Shown: positions 13,647-26,557 of the stretch, one piece after another
Layout of the letters: each line of letters opens with the position of its first letter
Numbering within the stretch: the stretch's first letter is position 1
Source: Camelus ferus
Taxonomy: Eukaryota
NCBI RefSeq assembly: GCF_009834535.1
Contig: NC_045696.1
Location: 79,114,001-79,178,000, forward strand
Direction of reading: 5' to 3'
Length of the DNA stretch: 64,000 nt
Notes under the pieces: model-generated
What the model saw: only the letters and a program-made list of their open reading frames with translations
Database searches by the model: none
What the model was told of the DNA's origin: nothing
Program-made: the position numbers and the translations under genes

Positions 13647-13818
13647 AAAGGAAAGGAAGAGAGTAAAGGAAAGAAAGAGAGAGAGGAAAGGAAGAGAGAG
13701 AGGAAAGGAAAGGAAAGGAAGAAAGAAAGAAAGAGAGAAAGAGAAAGAAAGAAGGAAAGAAAGAAAGAGAAAGAAAGAAGGAAGAAAGAAAGAGAGAGAA
13801 AAGAAGGAAAGGAAGAGG
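13543..13818. repeat. Compound (GAAA)n/(GGAAA)n/(GA)n polypurine tract
   Basis: About 276 bp with only two pyrimidines on the plus strand (13595, 13664). Confidence 0.97.
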
Positions 13819-13829
13819 CAGAAGATAAG

Positions 13830-15700
13830 CCAGAAAACAGAAAACTATGAATAGCAGACAAGTAGACAATATTTATATTCTAGCTCATACAGCTAGGAGA
13901 TGTAAACCATATACAGGAAATGGCAAAGAGTCACAAAAATAGAAAGTAGGTTATCAAACTGTCTTGAGATACCAAATCCAAATGCTACCCATGAAATCAT
14001 ACCTAAAGAATGTGCCATAGGCTAGTTAAAAATAAAAGGACAGATAAGGATATAACATCTACATTGGATGTGAAGACAGGAATCACAACAGTATACAGTT
14101 AAGTGGCATTTCAGACATTGATAGTACAACATTGATCACCTGTACAATATATATTAAAGATAGACCAGACATACATTCACAAAATGAGTAATATTGTATT
14201 TAAACATATGAAGAATTTTTATAATTTCAACAGAAAATGGGCAGAAACATTAGAATAGAAGGGGAAAAAGTAACTTATCTCTCTATTTTGACTTAAATAT
14301 GTAACAGATAAGGATGCCAAGGATCTAAGAAATAAAATTAACATATATGTAATATATTTATCTTTATATAGTTTATAATTAAAAGGATCTATCCTATGTT
14401 TTTGTCTGAAAACTCTATGAAAGTGTTTTTAAAATTATCATACATAAGTACCAAAAAACCTGAATAAATCTCCAATGGTAGACAGCCTGGCCCATAGGCC
14501 ATATTCTCTAAACCCAATACAGTCAGCCCTCTGTATTCCCAGTTTTGCATCTGCAGATTCAACTATCCAGATGGAAAATACTCAGAAAAAAAAAAAAATT
14601 ACAGAAAGTTTCGACAAGCAAAACTTAAATTTGTCCTGCACCAGCAACTACTTACATAGCATTTTACACTATATTTATAACTATTTACATAGCATTTGCA
14701 TTGTATTTACAACTATTTACATAGTATTACATTGTATTAGGTGTTATAAGCTATCTAGAGATAAAGTACAGGGGAGGATGTGTGTAGGTTATGTGCAAAT
14801 ACTACACCATTTTATATAAGAAACTTGAGCAACTGCAGATTTTGGTATCTGCTGGGGGGTAGGGGTTCTGGAACCAATCCTCCATGGATACAGAGGGACA
14901 ACTATACTGTAAAAATTAAAGTTACAAATAAAATCACAAAACTTCCAAAATTCTCTGAAATTTAAACAAGGACTCCACAAAATAACTGTTGAGGCCAAAG
15001 AGAGGTAAAAATTCCATTTAGATAATAGTAGAAACATGGCAGTGAGAATACTACGTTTCAAATTGGAGGAAATGGTCAAAGGTTTAATCAGAAATTAAAA
15101 TTTTATGTACACATGCTTTCATTATTAAGCAATAAAAACTGAAAATAAATTAACAAATCAATTTAATTTTAAGAAGCAGGAAGAGATATGTGTTATAGTA
15201 AAAATAAATAAAGCAGAAAAATTCAGTGAAAGTTATTTGACAAAGGCAATCCAATAGACACATTTCTGCCTTATGTAATACTGAGAAAAAGAGAAAAAAA
15301 ATCCAAGAAGCATCATTTAAGAATGAAAAAGACTATCCGAAATCTGAGAAAACAATTTGAGAATGTGATACACAAATCTATATAATCTGATATACGAATC
15401 TCAGCATAAGTATGATTTTCTAGATTTATGTGGTTAACCAAATTTGATCCTCCTCACTCTCTAAAAAAAGAAAAAAGCCTTAAAATATCAATAATTATGA
15501 ACAGAACTGGAAAAATTGGCAAAAATGTTTAGGACAAAAGAGGTTCAAAAGCAACTACCATGAATCTGGTATCAAAACATTAAAAAAGAGAAAAAAATTC
15601 CAGACTAATACAACTTTTTATATTAATGTAAATAGCCTAAAAGAAGTAGTAAACTGAATTCTATTAACAATAATGATCAATATAATGGAAATGCATTCAA
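13830..15700 (+). mobile_element. Highly decayed old L1 (L1M-type) ORF2-region remnant, interrupted by MER2
   Basis: A-rich plus strand with L1-like phrasing (tagaccagacatacattcacaaaatgag; acttccaaaattctctgaaatttaaacaag; ttattaagcaataaaaactgaaaataaattaac). No intact ORF. Confidence 0.55.
14520..14904. mobile_element. MER2/MER2B-like Tc1-mariner (Tigger) MITE
   Basis: TIRs cagtcagccctctgtat ... atacagagggacaacta, flanked by TA at 14518-19 and 14905-06. Internal sequence matches MER2 (ggttatgtgcaaatactacaccattttatataag...ctggaaccaatcc). Confidence 0.9.
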
Positions 15701-16278
15701 AATTAACTATTTGACTAACCAATAAATTAAATGATATCAGACACTTCCAAGGTTCTTTCATTATTAAAGCATATCTTGACAGTTATAGAAGCAACAATTT
15801 TAGGATAATTCTTAACACATTCATATGTTAGTAATATTGTTCTTCCTCAACTATTTTTACCTAAAGTTTAAGTCAAGCAATTATTCTGTGGTTTCCTGTT
15901 TATATTCCATATTCCAACCTATCAGTCAAACTGTGACTATGCCCAGACATGATGTCATACCTATCTATAGAATTATTTGATTGGTAAGGAGGCTGGTTAT
16001 ACATGAAACTGACATCATATCTCTGCATAAGAAAGCATTCTTTTTGGCAGTGTATTTGTCACAGATTCTTTATGTAATAACCAATTAGAAGCTGTTGTTA
16101 TATAGAATTTTTCCAGTACTATAATAGTCTGTATTTTCTAAGGGAAGAAAATAAATATAGCTCCTCTTTTTCAACACATTATATGCATCTTGAAGCACCT
16201 TTGGGAAAGTTTGTTGAATGCCACACACAATTCTTTATTATTTTCTTCCTGGCAGGGCACAGTGTTAATACGCTATGA

Positions 16279-16612
16279 CAGGGGTCAGTAAACTATGGCT
16301 CCCAGGTCAGACTGAGCCCCTTGCCTGTTTTTCTGTGGCCTATGAGTTCAGAATGGCTTTGCATTTTAAATGATTGAAACAATTCAAAAGAATTTTTTTT
16401 CATTACTTGTGACAATTATATGAAAATCCAATTTCCATGTCCATGAAAAAAATTATTTTATTGGAACATAGCCACACTTATTGTTAACGTTTTATATATG
16501 GCTGTCTGTTTGCTACAATGTCAGAATGAAATAGATGCAGTTGAGATCATATGGCCCATAAAGGCTAAAACATTTATTATCTAGCCCTTTACTGAAAAGT
16601 CTGCCAATCTTT
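16279..16612 (+). mobile_element. MER58B-like hAT-Charlie MITE
   Basis: Starts caggggtcagtaaactatgg, contains ttttattggaacatagccac, ends gccctttactgaaaagtctgccaatc. Degenerate 8-bp TSD cgctatga/cactatgg. Confidence 0.88.
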
Positions 16613-16743
16613 CACTATGGTCTATTGAATACCTAAAGGAGTTCTCATGGATCCTGCCAATACTCAGTATTATTTCCAGATTCAGTGGATGATTGTTACA
16701 TTTGTGAGCTAGCCCACTATTCTTATATTTGTGTGTATATGTG

Positions 16744-17815
16744 TACATGTAGATGGTCAAAAGGCACATGCAAAGATGATCAACGTGGCCAATTGTCAGA
16801 TAAATGAAAATCAAAACTGCAATGAGGCATCCCTTCACATAGGTCAAACTGGCCATCATTAAGAAGACCACAAACAACAAATGCTGGAGAAGGTGTGGAG
16901 AAAAGGAAATTCTCCTGCATTTTTGGTAGGAATGTAATTTGGTGTAGCCGCTATGGAAAACAGTATGGAGATGACTTAAAAAATAAAAATAAAGTTACCA
17001 TATGATGCAGCAATCTCACTCCTGGGCATATATCCAGAAAAACTCTAATTCAAAAAGATTCATGCACCCCAATGTTCATAGCAGCACTATTTACAGTAGC
17101 AAAGACATGGAAGCAATCTAAATGTCCATCGAGAGATAAGTGGATAAAGAAGTTGTGGTATATACACACATACAAAGGAATACTACTCATCCATAAAAAA
17201 GAATGAAATAATGCCTTTTGCAGTAACATGGATAGACCTAGAGATATACTTAATGAAGTAAGTCACACAGAGAAAGACAAATATCATATGATACCACATA
17301 TATGTGGAATCTAAAAAATGATACAAATAAACTTATTTACAAAACAGTAACAGACCCCTAGACATAGAAAACAAACTTATGGTTACCAAAGGGGAACAGG
17401 GGTGGGGAAGGAATAAATTGTCTCTAGTAGTGGATACAAACTACTATATATAAAATTGATAAACAAGTTTATACTGTATACCACAGTGAATGTATTCAAT
17501 ATCTTATAGTAACCTACAATGAAAAAGAACATGAAAAGGAATATATGTATGTATATGTATCACTGAACTATCATGCTGTGTACCAGAAACTGACATAACA
17601 TTGTAAACTGAATATACTTCAATTAAAAAAATTAGATAAACAACACAGTCCTACTGCACAGCACAGGGAACTATATTCAATATCTTATAATAACCTATAA
17701 GTAAAGGAATATAAAAAAGAATACATATATAGATATAACTGAATCACTATACTGAATACCAGAAATTAACCCAAATTGTAAATCAACTATACTTCAACAA
17801 AACAAACAAACAAAA
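16744..17815 (+). mobile_element. 5'-truncated L1 (ORF2 C-terminal part, 3'UTR, A-rich tail)
   Basis: aaatgctggagaaggtgtggagaaaagg, cactcctgggcatatatccag, aaaaagaatgaaataatgcc; ends tatacttcaacaaaacaaacaaacaaaa. Possible TSD atatgtg (16737-43 / 17816-22). Confidence 0.95.
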
Positions 17816-17944
17816 ATATGTGCTCAGTTACCAAGTCCATGTGGCCATAAAAATATAATTTATTTATGAAAGGGGCATCAAGGGACATCTATTCCAGTCG
17901 TTTGTTTTGTAGATGAAATAATCACAGTATAGATTACTTATCAA

Positions 17945-18440
17945 GCATATTTCAGTTGAAGGTGCTATAAGTCCAATTTAAACAGGCTTAAGTAAAAATA
18001 AGGTCATTTATTAGTTTAAAAATCCAAGGTAGTATTAGCTTAAAACCAGACAAGATTCCAAAAGCAAAGGATGTCACAAAAGTCTTCCTTGCAGGGCATC
18101 TCCTATCGTGGACTATTTGGCTGCAAAAGCTCCAGGCTTACATTTCTCATCTCAGTGTCTCAGTGAAAAGAGTCGGACCAAAGTCTGGGATTTGAGATTC
18201 GCTGATCTGAGTGGGGCATGTGCCCATCTCTAAATCTATCTCGGGAGGGTGGAACACACTGATTAGCCAGTCCTAGGTCACATGCCCATCTACGGGTCTG
18301 TAGGAAGGAAGTTGTCATGCTTAAAGTGTATGGACTGATAGGAGGAAAAAGAGGTGTTTTTCCTAGAGAATCCTCACCCCTTATCCCACATCCCCTGCCA
18401 AAATAGTGTTTTTATAAAAGAGAAGGGGAAATTACAGCAC
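17945..18440 (-). mobile_element. Old MaLR LTR (MLT1K-like)
   Basis: aaacaggcttaagtaaaaataagg...; ctgattagccagtcctaggtcacatgcccatc. Confidence 0.65.
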
Positions 18441-21024
18441 GAACAGTAACAGGTGTGGTATTATGAGTTCACCATAGGATGCCCTTGGTCACACTTTCTA
18501 CTGCACTGTGCATGAATTATCCTGTGGAAGAATTACATAAAATGATGTAACATTAAACCATGGTGAAATTATGTGAGTATATAAAAATATACATTACAAT
18601 TTACAAAAATGGTATCATATAAGATATAGACTACAAAGATCAGAGTAATACTTGCTCTTAAAGAGGTTACATCAAATAGGAAGAGACAAGATCAACTATG
18701 TTGTGGCTTCAGAATTAATAATATACTAATCAATACTGTTTAAAATGCCAAGTAGAAGTCTTAGCCATTGTCTGGTTTTATTAGACGACATACGAATTTA
18801 TTAGACTAATTTTAGTAAGCTAAAAATCTACCACATATTTTCCAAAGAAAATTTTCTTAATATTTATTTTTTCAAGTTAGAGACATAGTTCCTTGTAAAA
18901 TTTAGTTATATAAACATCTTTTGTTTTTATTATTTAGGACTTCTTCAGAAAAAGTTTGGTTTTGAATATATTTGTCTAAACTCTCCTTTGCATATAAACA
19001 TATATATTTAATATGATTAAATTTACAGCACACACTTAAACATTCTAATTAGATTCTTTCGTAACTATGAAAAAGTATTTTGTATTTCCCAGTAATTATA
19101 TTTTTAAGTCAGCAAATGCTTAACTAATGTTTATAAATGAGACAAAACAAACTCAGCCAAATGAAAGTCTTATATTCACAGGGTCAAATTTTCAAAGTAT
19201 TTACCAGTTTGTTCCATTTGGTAAATATGGTTTAAAAATTAAACATAAATTATTCCATTAAATATTCTTTGGAGTATAAAATAAAGAAAAACAATAATTT
19301 CTTTAAATTCATTTCATTTTCTTAGTTACAAAAGGATACTGAATCTCAATATAAAGTGGTCATAAAAACCCCAGTTACCACACAAAACCATGCAACTTTT
19401 CAACTGCTAACACTTAATAAGCCTCTGTTGAAGCACCTTCAAGGTCTATAATTGGAAATCTTTCCAGAAGCAGATGGTTAAACATCCATCAAAATCAGAA
19501 GACAAAATTTATTAGACGCTGCAGAGGTAATTGATCCAGCAAGGCAAGACATAATGATTTTCTCCTGACACCTTAAAGTCTAGCAACACTCTGGTAAATC
19601 TACGGTAATAAATGAGTATAAATTCTAGTTTTATTTAATTTTCATTTTAGGATTATTGCAATGTCATACTTCACTTCTGGTACAATATTATACAGATATT
19701 CTTTACTGTTTTTTAAGCTGAATGTTTATTGGATGCCTTCAGTTTTTAGGACTTGGTTTTACCAACTGAAGATTATTTAGCAATTCATCAAATTTAGTCT
19801 CAAAGTAGTAAAGACAAGGTTTCAAAGGCACAATTCAGATGCCTCTTTTACCCTGGAATCTATAAAGTGACATTTATAGCATTAGCTATTAGGGGAGGTT
19901 TTCTGAAAATATAAATAAGCAGAAGTAGAACTTGTAAAATGCTTCAAGACATATAGGAAGATAAATTTTTCTAATTATGTTTTATTTACAGTTTTGCTCT
20001 TTTCCACCCTGTAGATTAAGAAGTCTTATATTTCTTAAATGTATCATTTCTGCTAGGAATGAAAAACGACTAAAAGCTGTATCATACATAAAGTTCCCCC
20101 TTTGGCAGCCAATTATTGAAATAATTGAGAATATATTCACAAAGCATATTTATACCTTGAGGATTTGCAACTATAATAAAAGGCATCTAAAAACATGCTA
20201 TTTTTATGTAAAGGGAACTGTATATCTGGAGAGAATATGCAAGGAGTTGTTTTTCCAAATGCTAATTTATACTGATTAATTGTTTAACTGTTTCTCATTA
20301 TGAGCAAGTGCCATTTATTATATAGGTTGACTATAGTTGAAAAATAGAGTAAAGAGAAGTGACTTTCCATTGGGCAAAACTTTTCTAAGGTATAGAATCA
20401 TGATTCTTAAAAATTTAATAAACTATCTTCCATTAAAAAAATGTCTTTTAAAATGTATCATTTATAAATTTCCCAAAATCTTTATTTTAGCTAGAGGTTT
20501 TCTGGATTGCCACTAAGTTTGAGTATATTGTAATAAACTAAAACTTCCAGACAGAGAATCACTTTAAAATAAAACTTTAATAAGAATCAGGATAAAAATC
20601 ATGACTTTTTAAGATTCATAAGGACAGGTACTGGATTTTCAGAACAGTTTAAGACAAATACATAAAGATTCATGAATCTGTCCACAGTCACCTTTTGCCT
20701 TCCCTCCTGTTGCTATGGCATGGACCCCCCTCTTCCTAGCTATAAAAGATATCCTCTTCCTATGTCCTAGGCCCTACTCTCACCCACTGTTTTCTTTCTC
20801 CTGAAATTTATCTCAGTCCATTCATTCACCCATATACTAACGACAAACAGATTTCTCAAACTCAGGTGTTTCTTTTGCATTTAAGGGGACCATACCTACT
20901 TGTCCTCTGGCCATCCTCACACTTACGTTCTGCAGAAACCTCGGAGTCAAGTCTTGACACATCAACAGATCACATGCTGATAACTTAGCATTGTCCAATA
21001 TGGTAATAATTATAAAATCCAATC

Positions 21025-21250
21025 AACAACTAACTTTTAGTTTAGTTATGTTCCAGGCCCTGTGCTACATGCTTGGATTCCTTATCTCATTTAATTTTCA
21101 CATTAACTTCGGAGGTAAATAGCCTCGTTTTGTAAATAAAGCAACTAGAACCTGGAGAATTTAAGTAACATTCCAGCCCCTCTAAGAGGCAGACCGGGGG
21201 TCTGAAGATAGGTTTCCCTGATACCAAAATGTGTGCTCACAGCCACACCT
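21025..21250 (-). mobile_element. MIR SINE
   Basis: ttatgttccaggccctgtgcta...atctcatttaattttcaca...ggagaatttaagtaac. Confidence 0.7.
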
Positions 21251-22339
21251 CTGTTCCCCCTTCCTCATTGCCTCACGGAGCCTTAAACAGAGATGCAGAC
21301 TTTGAAACACACTCACTCATCTCCACTGGAAGCCAGATGTCAGGGCATCGAGGAGCAAATGAACATAGAGCTAACTGTTTGACATGTCAGTTGTTTGACC
21401 TCTGAGTACCGGCAGATACTACAATTCAGTAAAATGGAGAAATTGCTTTTTTTTTTTTTTGACTATCCAAATTGATTGCCTCCACTGTTCCAATGTTCCA
21501 ATTCATGAGATATCTGCTTGATTTTACTCCATGTAATCTGAATATTCCAATTCTAGCAATGAGTAAGAACACTGAATATTGGCACTTGATATGTCAATTA
21601 GTAAATAGTCAATAGTAAATAATAGTGATATTATTTACTAACCTATTTGTTCAAAGATCCATCCTTCTCATAACTTTGTCTTACATTAAGTGACAACCAA
21701 ATTTTAAGTGGCCACTCACAATAGTGAACTTCTGTACTGGATATTTTAAAGCAATTTTATGTGGATGATTTGAAAGTGTTTTGACAAAATTACTTCTCAT
21801 CCATAACATTTGCCCATTTGCAGCACAAGCTGTAAGAAAAGCTTAATATTTACAAAAACAGTTACATTTATTGAGGGTACCAAGCATTATGTTAAATAAT
21901 TTATATATAACTTAATAATATAATAAAAGGGTTAACATACATAAAGCACTAAGGACAGTGCCTAACATGCAGTAACTACCAGAGATGTTTATAATATTAT
22001 TATCTTTTCTATTACTATTATATGTGGGAATGTATTCATCCTAACAACCAACCAGTGAAGTACCTACCACTACTGTCGACATTATAGGGATGAGTGAAGA
22101 CTACATGAGGCCACATGAGGACCAGGCCATCTAATTCGAAAGACCCCTCACTCAAAAATGACACTAAGATACTACTTAAGTTGGGTTTTCCTTCTGAGTG
22201 AAATGACTATTAAACATATGATAGCCATTTAAAACTTCACTTTGTCATATGCATATCTGAATGAATGTTTCATATCTGAATGAATGTTTCACTTGTCATA
22301 TTGGCCATGATTTATGAATGTCCCATTGAGAAGAGGCCA

Positions 22340-22930
22340 GTGCAGAGAAAGTCCTTCATTTGCTGACAGTGGAAGTATGTGAAGAGTGAATTTCTCTGTA
22401 GGGCAATTTATGACAGATATAAAAAGATCCAACGTGGACGTAGCCCTTGATTCAGTCATTCCATGTCTGGAAATTCATCCTAAAGATACGATCCAGAAAG
22501 TGCAAAGAGAGGACTTATGCATAGCAAAAATGGAGAAATGAGCTAAATATCCATTAATGAGGCAATAGGTTAAGTAAATTATCATACTGCCACATGACAG
22601 AGTATACTAAAAATCATACTGTAATACTTACAGATATGGAAAATGTTCACAAGTTATTGTTAAATAAAATGGGTGCTACAAAAATAATATAAAATGTTAC
22701 CTTTTCTGTGAACAAAACAATAAGTATCTGTATATAGATACACACACACACACAACCGTACAGGAACTTTTACCTGAACCCCTAAAGAAATGTACCAAAA
22801 CATTACATTGATTATCTGTGGGGTGGACTAGCAGATTACTTTTGTTTATTCAGTATAATTTTTTGAACTGCTTACATTTCTTCAGATTGAATGCATATTA
22901 CTTTTACTATTAGGAAAAAATAAAAATAGA
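22340..22930 (+). mobile_element. Old L1 (L1ME-like) 3' end
   Basis: cccttgattcagtcattccatgtctggaaattcatcctaaaga; taaatatccattaatgaggcaataggttaagtaaattat; A-rich end. Confidence 0.75.
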
Positions 22931-25900
22931 TGTTATTTTTAAAGGTCTAATTTAACAAAAGAAAAGCCAGTGAGTGGGCTTTTTCTTGTTATATGAAAGC
23001 AGGTCTGTGTGGAAGAAGCTGACGGCATCTCTAAGGAAAGAGACAGATGACACAGACAGAAATATGCGCTCAGCATTAGTTTACAGCACCAGGAAAAGTC
23101 AGACTGTATTTGACTCAAAGTTGTGGTGCTGAGACCCACTCTGACAGCCTGGAGATACCTCTCGTAAGACGCACATTCTACTTTCAGAGGGAGACTGTAA
23201 CTCATCCTTGTCCTTTCCCTACCAATGTCACATGCACAGTGGAAGACTGACAGCTTGTTAAAAGCTAATTAGGAAGAGTAGAAAAGCAGCAAGCCTCGTA
23301 CAACCAAGTGGGTACATTTTCCTCCCTCAGTTATGCTGAAGCCTCAACCTCTTGTAAATGCAAGAGGGAAAATAGGACATTTTTATACAATGAACGTATC
23401 ATGTTAATATGTTATAAGAGTCGAAATCCTGGATCCAGAAAAGTAATATATGTGTAAAATAAACAACTTTTCACTGGCATTGAAAATATGGACATACTTC
23501 TTCCAGGGGAAAATCGCATTCTAGCTCATTAAATTATGTCAAGAAGCATAGCTAAGAGTCAACACAGACTGTCACCAAGCATCACACAAATAATATGGCA
23601 TGGGTTGGCAGCTGAATACTACAGACTGAGCAAATAATGACAAGGAAAGCCTTATTCCCAGACCTCTTAGTGCAGATTCCAGCCAGCTCTGCACACTCCA
23701 GAGGCATTGACATTATGCACAGGGAAATTAGGTTTACACCCACATCAAAAAATGTATTTGTTAGGGTGGAGGTGTAGGAGGAAATGCTGATAGCTGCACA
23801 GATGCAACCAGCATCACCAGAGAGAGATTTCTGGTTCCTGGTCCCACCATTCTCTCAGCAGGAAGCCAAGATGCGATGGAAAATACCATCTATTTCAGAA
23901 TTTCCAAAAAAAAAACCCTCCTGAAATCAAGCAGATGAGGCATATATTAGAGTCCTTCTATCAGACCGTGTTATTGACTTTCAAATCAGGTCAAATGAAG
24001 CCCAGATTGGATGAAAGCAATCCAATCAAATTTCCATTTAAGGCCAGGTAAAGGGGGCTTAAGGACCTAAATTATTCACAAAGTGGCCTCTGTCTCTTTT
24101 CTCTTTGCTATCAAAGTTTGTCAAATATAAAGTTACCTGTAGAATTCTCAGACAGAACAAATATAAAGCTTTGGTTAAAACTCTTCTCTTTATTATATAT
24201 TCATTGATACAAATAATGATCACTGAATACCAACTCTGGACAACCCACGTGAATTTGGCATGTTCATTTCCTTCCAGGAGCTAACAATATAGGCGGGTGA
24301 ACAAAAATACAAAACAAATAATTAAAGTACAGTGCATCAAACTGTCAGGCTAGAAAGCCCCGGAAAGGAGCAAAGGGGTAGTCAAATAGCCAGTAGCCTG
24401 GGGATGAAGGAGAAGGTGAAAGACAGACTTTCACAGTGAGTCTCACAATTTTCCAGCTGCATAACAGGAAAAAATCGGTGAGTCTTGATTCGGAGAATTC
24501 CCCTTTCTGCTCAAATCACATCTCCCTTCCCTCTCAGCTCATCTTGCCAGTCAAACTCCACCCCTGACAGTGAGCACCCTGGGTTTAGGAGAGGCATCAC
24601 TGACTGGCAACATTTCATCCCAGTCAGCCTCTGCAGGACCAGAGGCTCCCCCTCCCGGCTTCTCTCCGCAGTCCAGTGGAGAGCATCAGGGAGATGCTGT
24701 GGGGAAGGCTTCCACTGACTTCACAGGCCTGTGTAACCAAAGCTTTTGGCAGCAGCTCCATTTTTGTTTTTTTAATGCGATATTTTTTCCATATGATCAT
24801 TCATGATGCATTTTAATTGAGCTCAGTTTGGAATTATCATAAAATACAATATGAAAATACATTTTCTTGCAGGGACTAATTGTTTCTAACATGGGGGTGT
24901 CATGCTTCCTCCCTGGGATATTTATTTTAATTCTCCTTGCACAGGGCCCAGAAAATTTTGGTGCTATTAACCGGACATTTAAAATGAGGTTTTATTATAA
25001 GAAATGATAAAAAGTTGCAGTTTCTTATTCTGTATTTTGCTTTGTCTAATATTGACTGGCACATTTATTTGTCTGTCAAATAGTTGCTCATTATCTGCAT
25101 TTCTTGTCACTTCTCTTGGAAAATATAAGCAAACATATTTATTACTAATGATGTTAGGAAGAGATTGATTTTTCTCTGTTTTAGTACTTAGTGAATAATT
25201 CTTTAGCAGCTGCAAAACATTAAATGTTAAGTAGAAATACAACGCTGCTTCCTGAAGTGGTTCTGGAATAACAAAATGTCACAGCTTCACACTTGGGAAG
25301 CTTTGCTGGGCCCCCTACATGCTGTTCTCACTTTTATAGGCAATAATAGTAGGAGATGTGAAAAATCAGATGGCAGGGAAGGAAATTTGCCTATGAAATA
25401 ACAACAAAAGCACAAGCCCCCAAAACTAAGAAGTTGAATTCCTTCAAAAGCTTCAATCATTGGTTCACTGTCAATTCTTAGAGTTCCCTGACAAAGCAGA
25501 TGACAAAAATATTACCCAACTCAAGGAGGATCAGACACTTCAAGTACCTAAGAAAGAAAAAAGAGCTCAAATGTAATTGATTGGATGACCTCTCACTGAA
25601 GTTAACGTCTAGCCTTCAGTGCTTGCCTGATCTGGCTCGTTTTCCTGGTGGGAGTGACAGGTGCTCCAGTGAAACCTGAAGAACTGATTCTGAAATCCAC
25701 AGAAAGCATAGGTGGCTCAGCAAAGCTCTTGCTGGGATTACAAGGAGTAGAGAGGTACACAGGTCTCTTTTTAAAAAGTAATTAATATGTAAGTGCTTCC
25801 AAAGGAAAAAAATGTTTCAGAATATTTTATGTCCTTCATTACTTTCAGGGCTATGAATATGCTGAACTGTCAGTCCAAAAAGAGAACTGAGAGTAAATTA

Positions 25901-26523
25901 ACTGCATTTTTAATTAAATTAATATACAAATGCCCAGATCGGTATCTTTCATCATTGTCACAACAATTACTATTTTAATGGAAAACAATCAGTCGTGCAA
26001 GGAAATATTTGAAGCTGTGATAAACTATGAAAAGAAAAGGGAAACAAATACAGGTCTACCCTATAGGCACGAGTTACATCTCTTTTGACTGCATTTTGCT
26101 CTGAATGGATGGAAGCATTTTCTCCCCTCCAAATGGAAAACGAAAAAACTCTTGAAACTAAATCTTGAACTATAAAGCCCATGCCACACTTTCAGTAATT
26201 GTTGGTGTTATTTTGAGACTGGGATATGCTGGAAGTACAGTCAAATCTGAACTACATCGTGATCATCTGAACCAACCTGAGGTTACTCACCCTCATCCTG
26301 TAATGGCTACTAGGCTGGTCTCCATTGAATAATACACTTCAGGTTTACATTTTTGATCCTGTTTCAAACCAACACCATTAGAGTAAGATTCTCTTTCTGG
26401 AGTTACTTTTATAAGTTAATTAAGTAGATGTGAGTCTAAAGTTGACTGACCGTAGCTCTTAGCTCTAAAACAGTATAGCAGTCATTACAAGCTGCCAAAA
26501 AAAAAGGCAGTGCTACACTAAAT

Positions 26524-26557
<34 letters not shown>

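Noticed and set aside
13498..13869. Three 108-118 aa ORFs (K/E/R-rich and F/L/S-rich)
   Set aside because: Translations of the GAAA microsatellite.
22939..23060. Minus-strand acceptor ctgtctctttccttAG near 23031
   Set aside because: No convincing donor or poly(A) signal before the sequence runs into an old L1, so support is insufficient.
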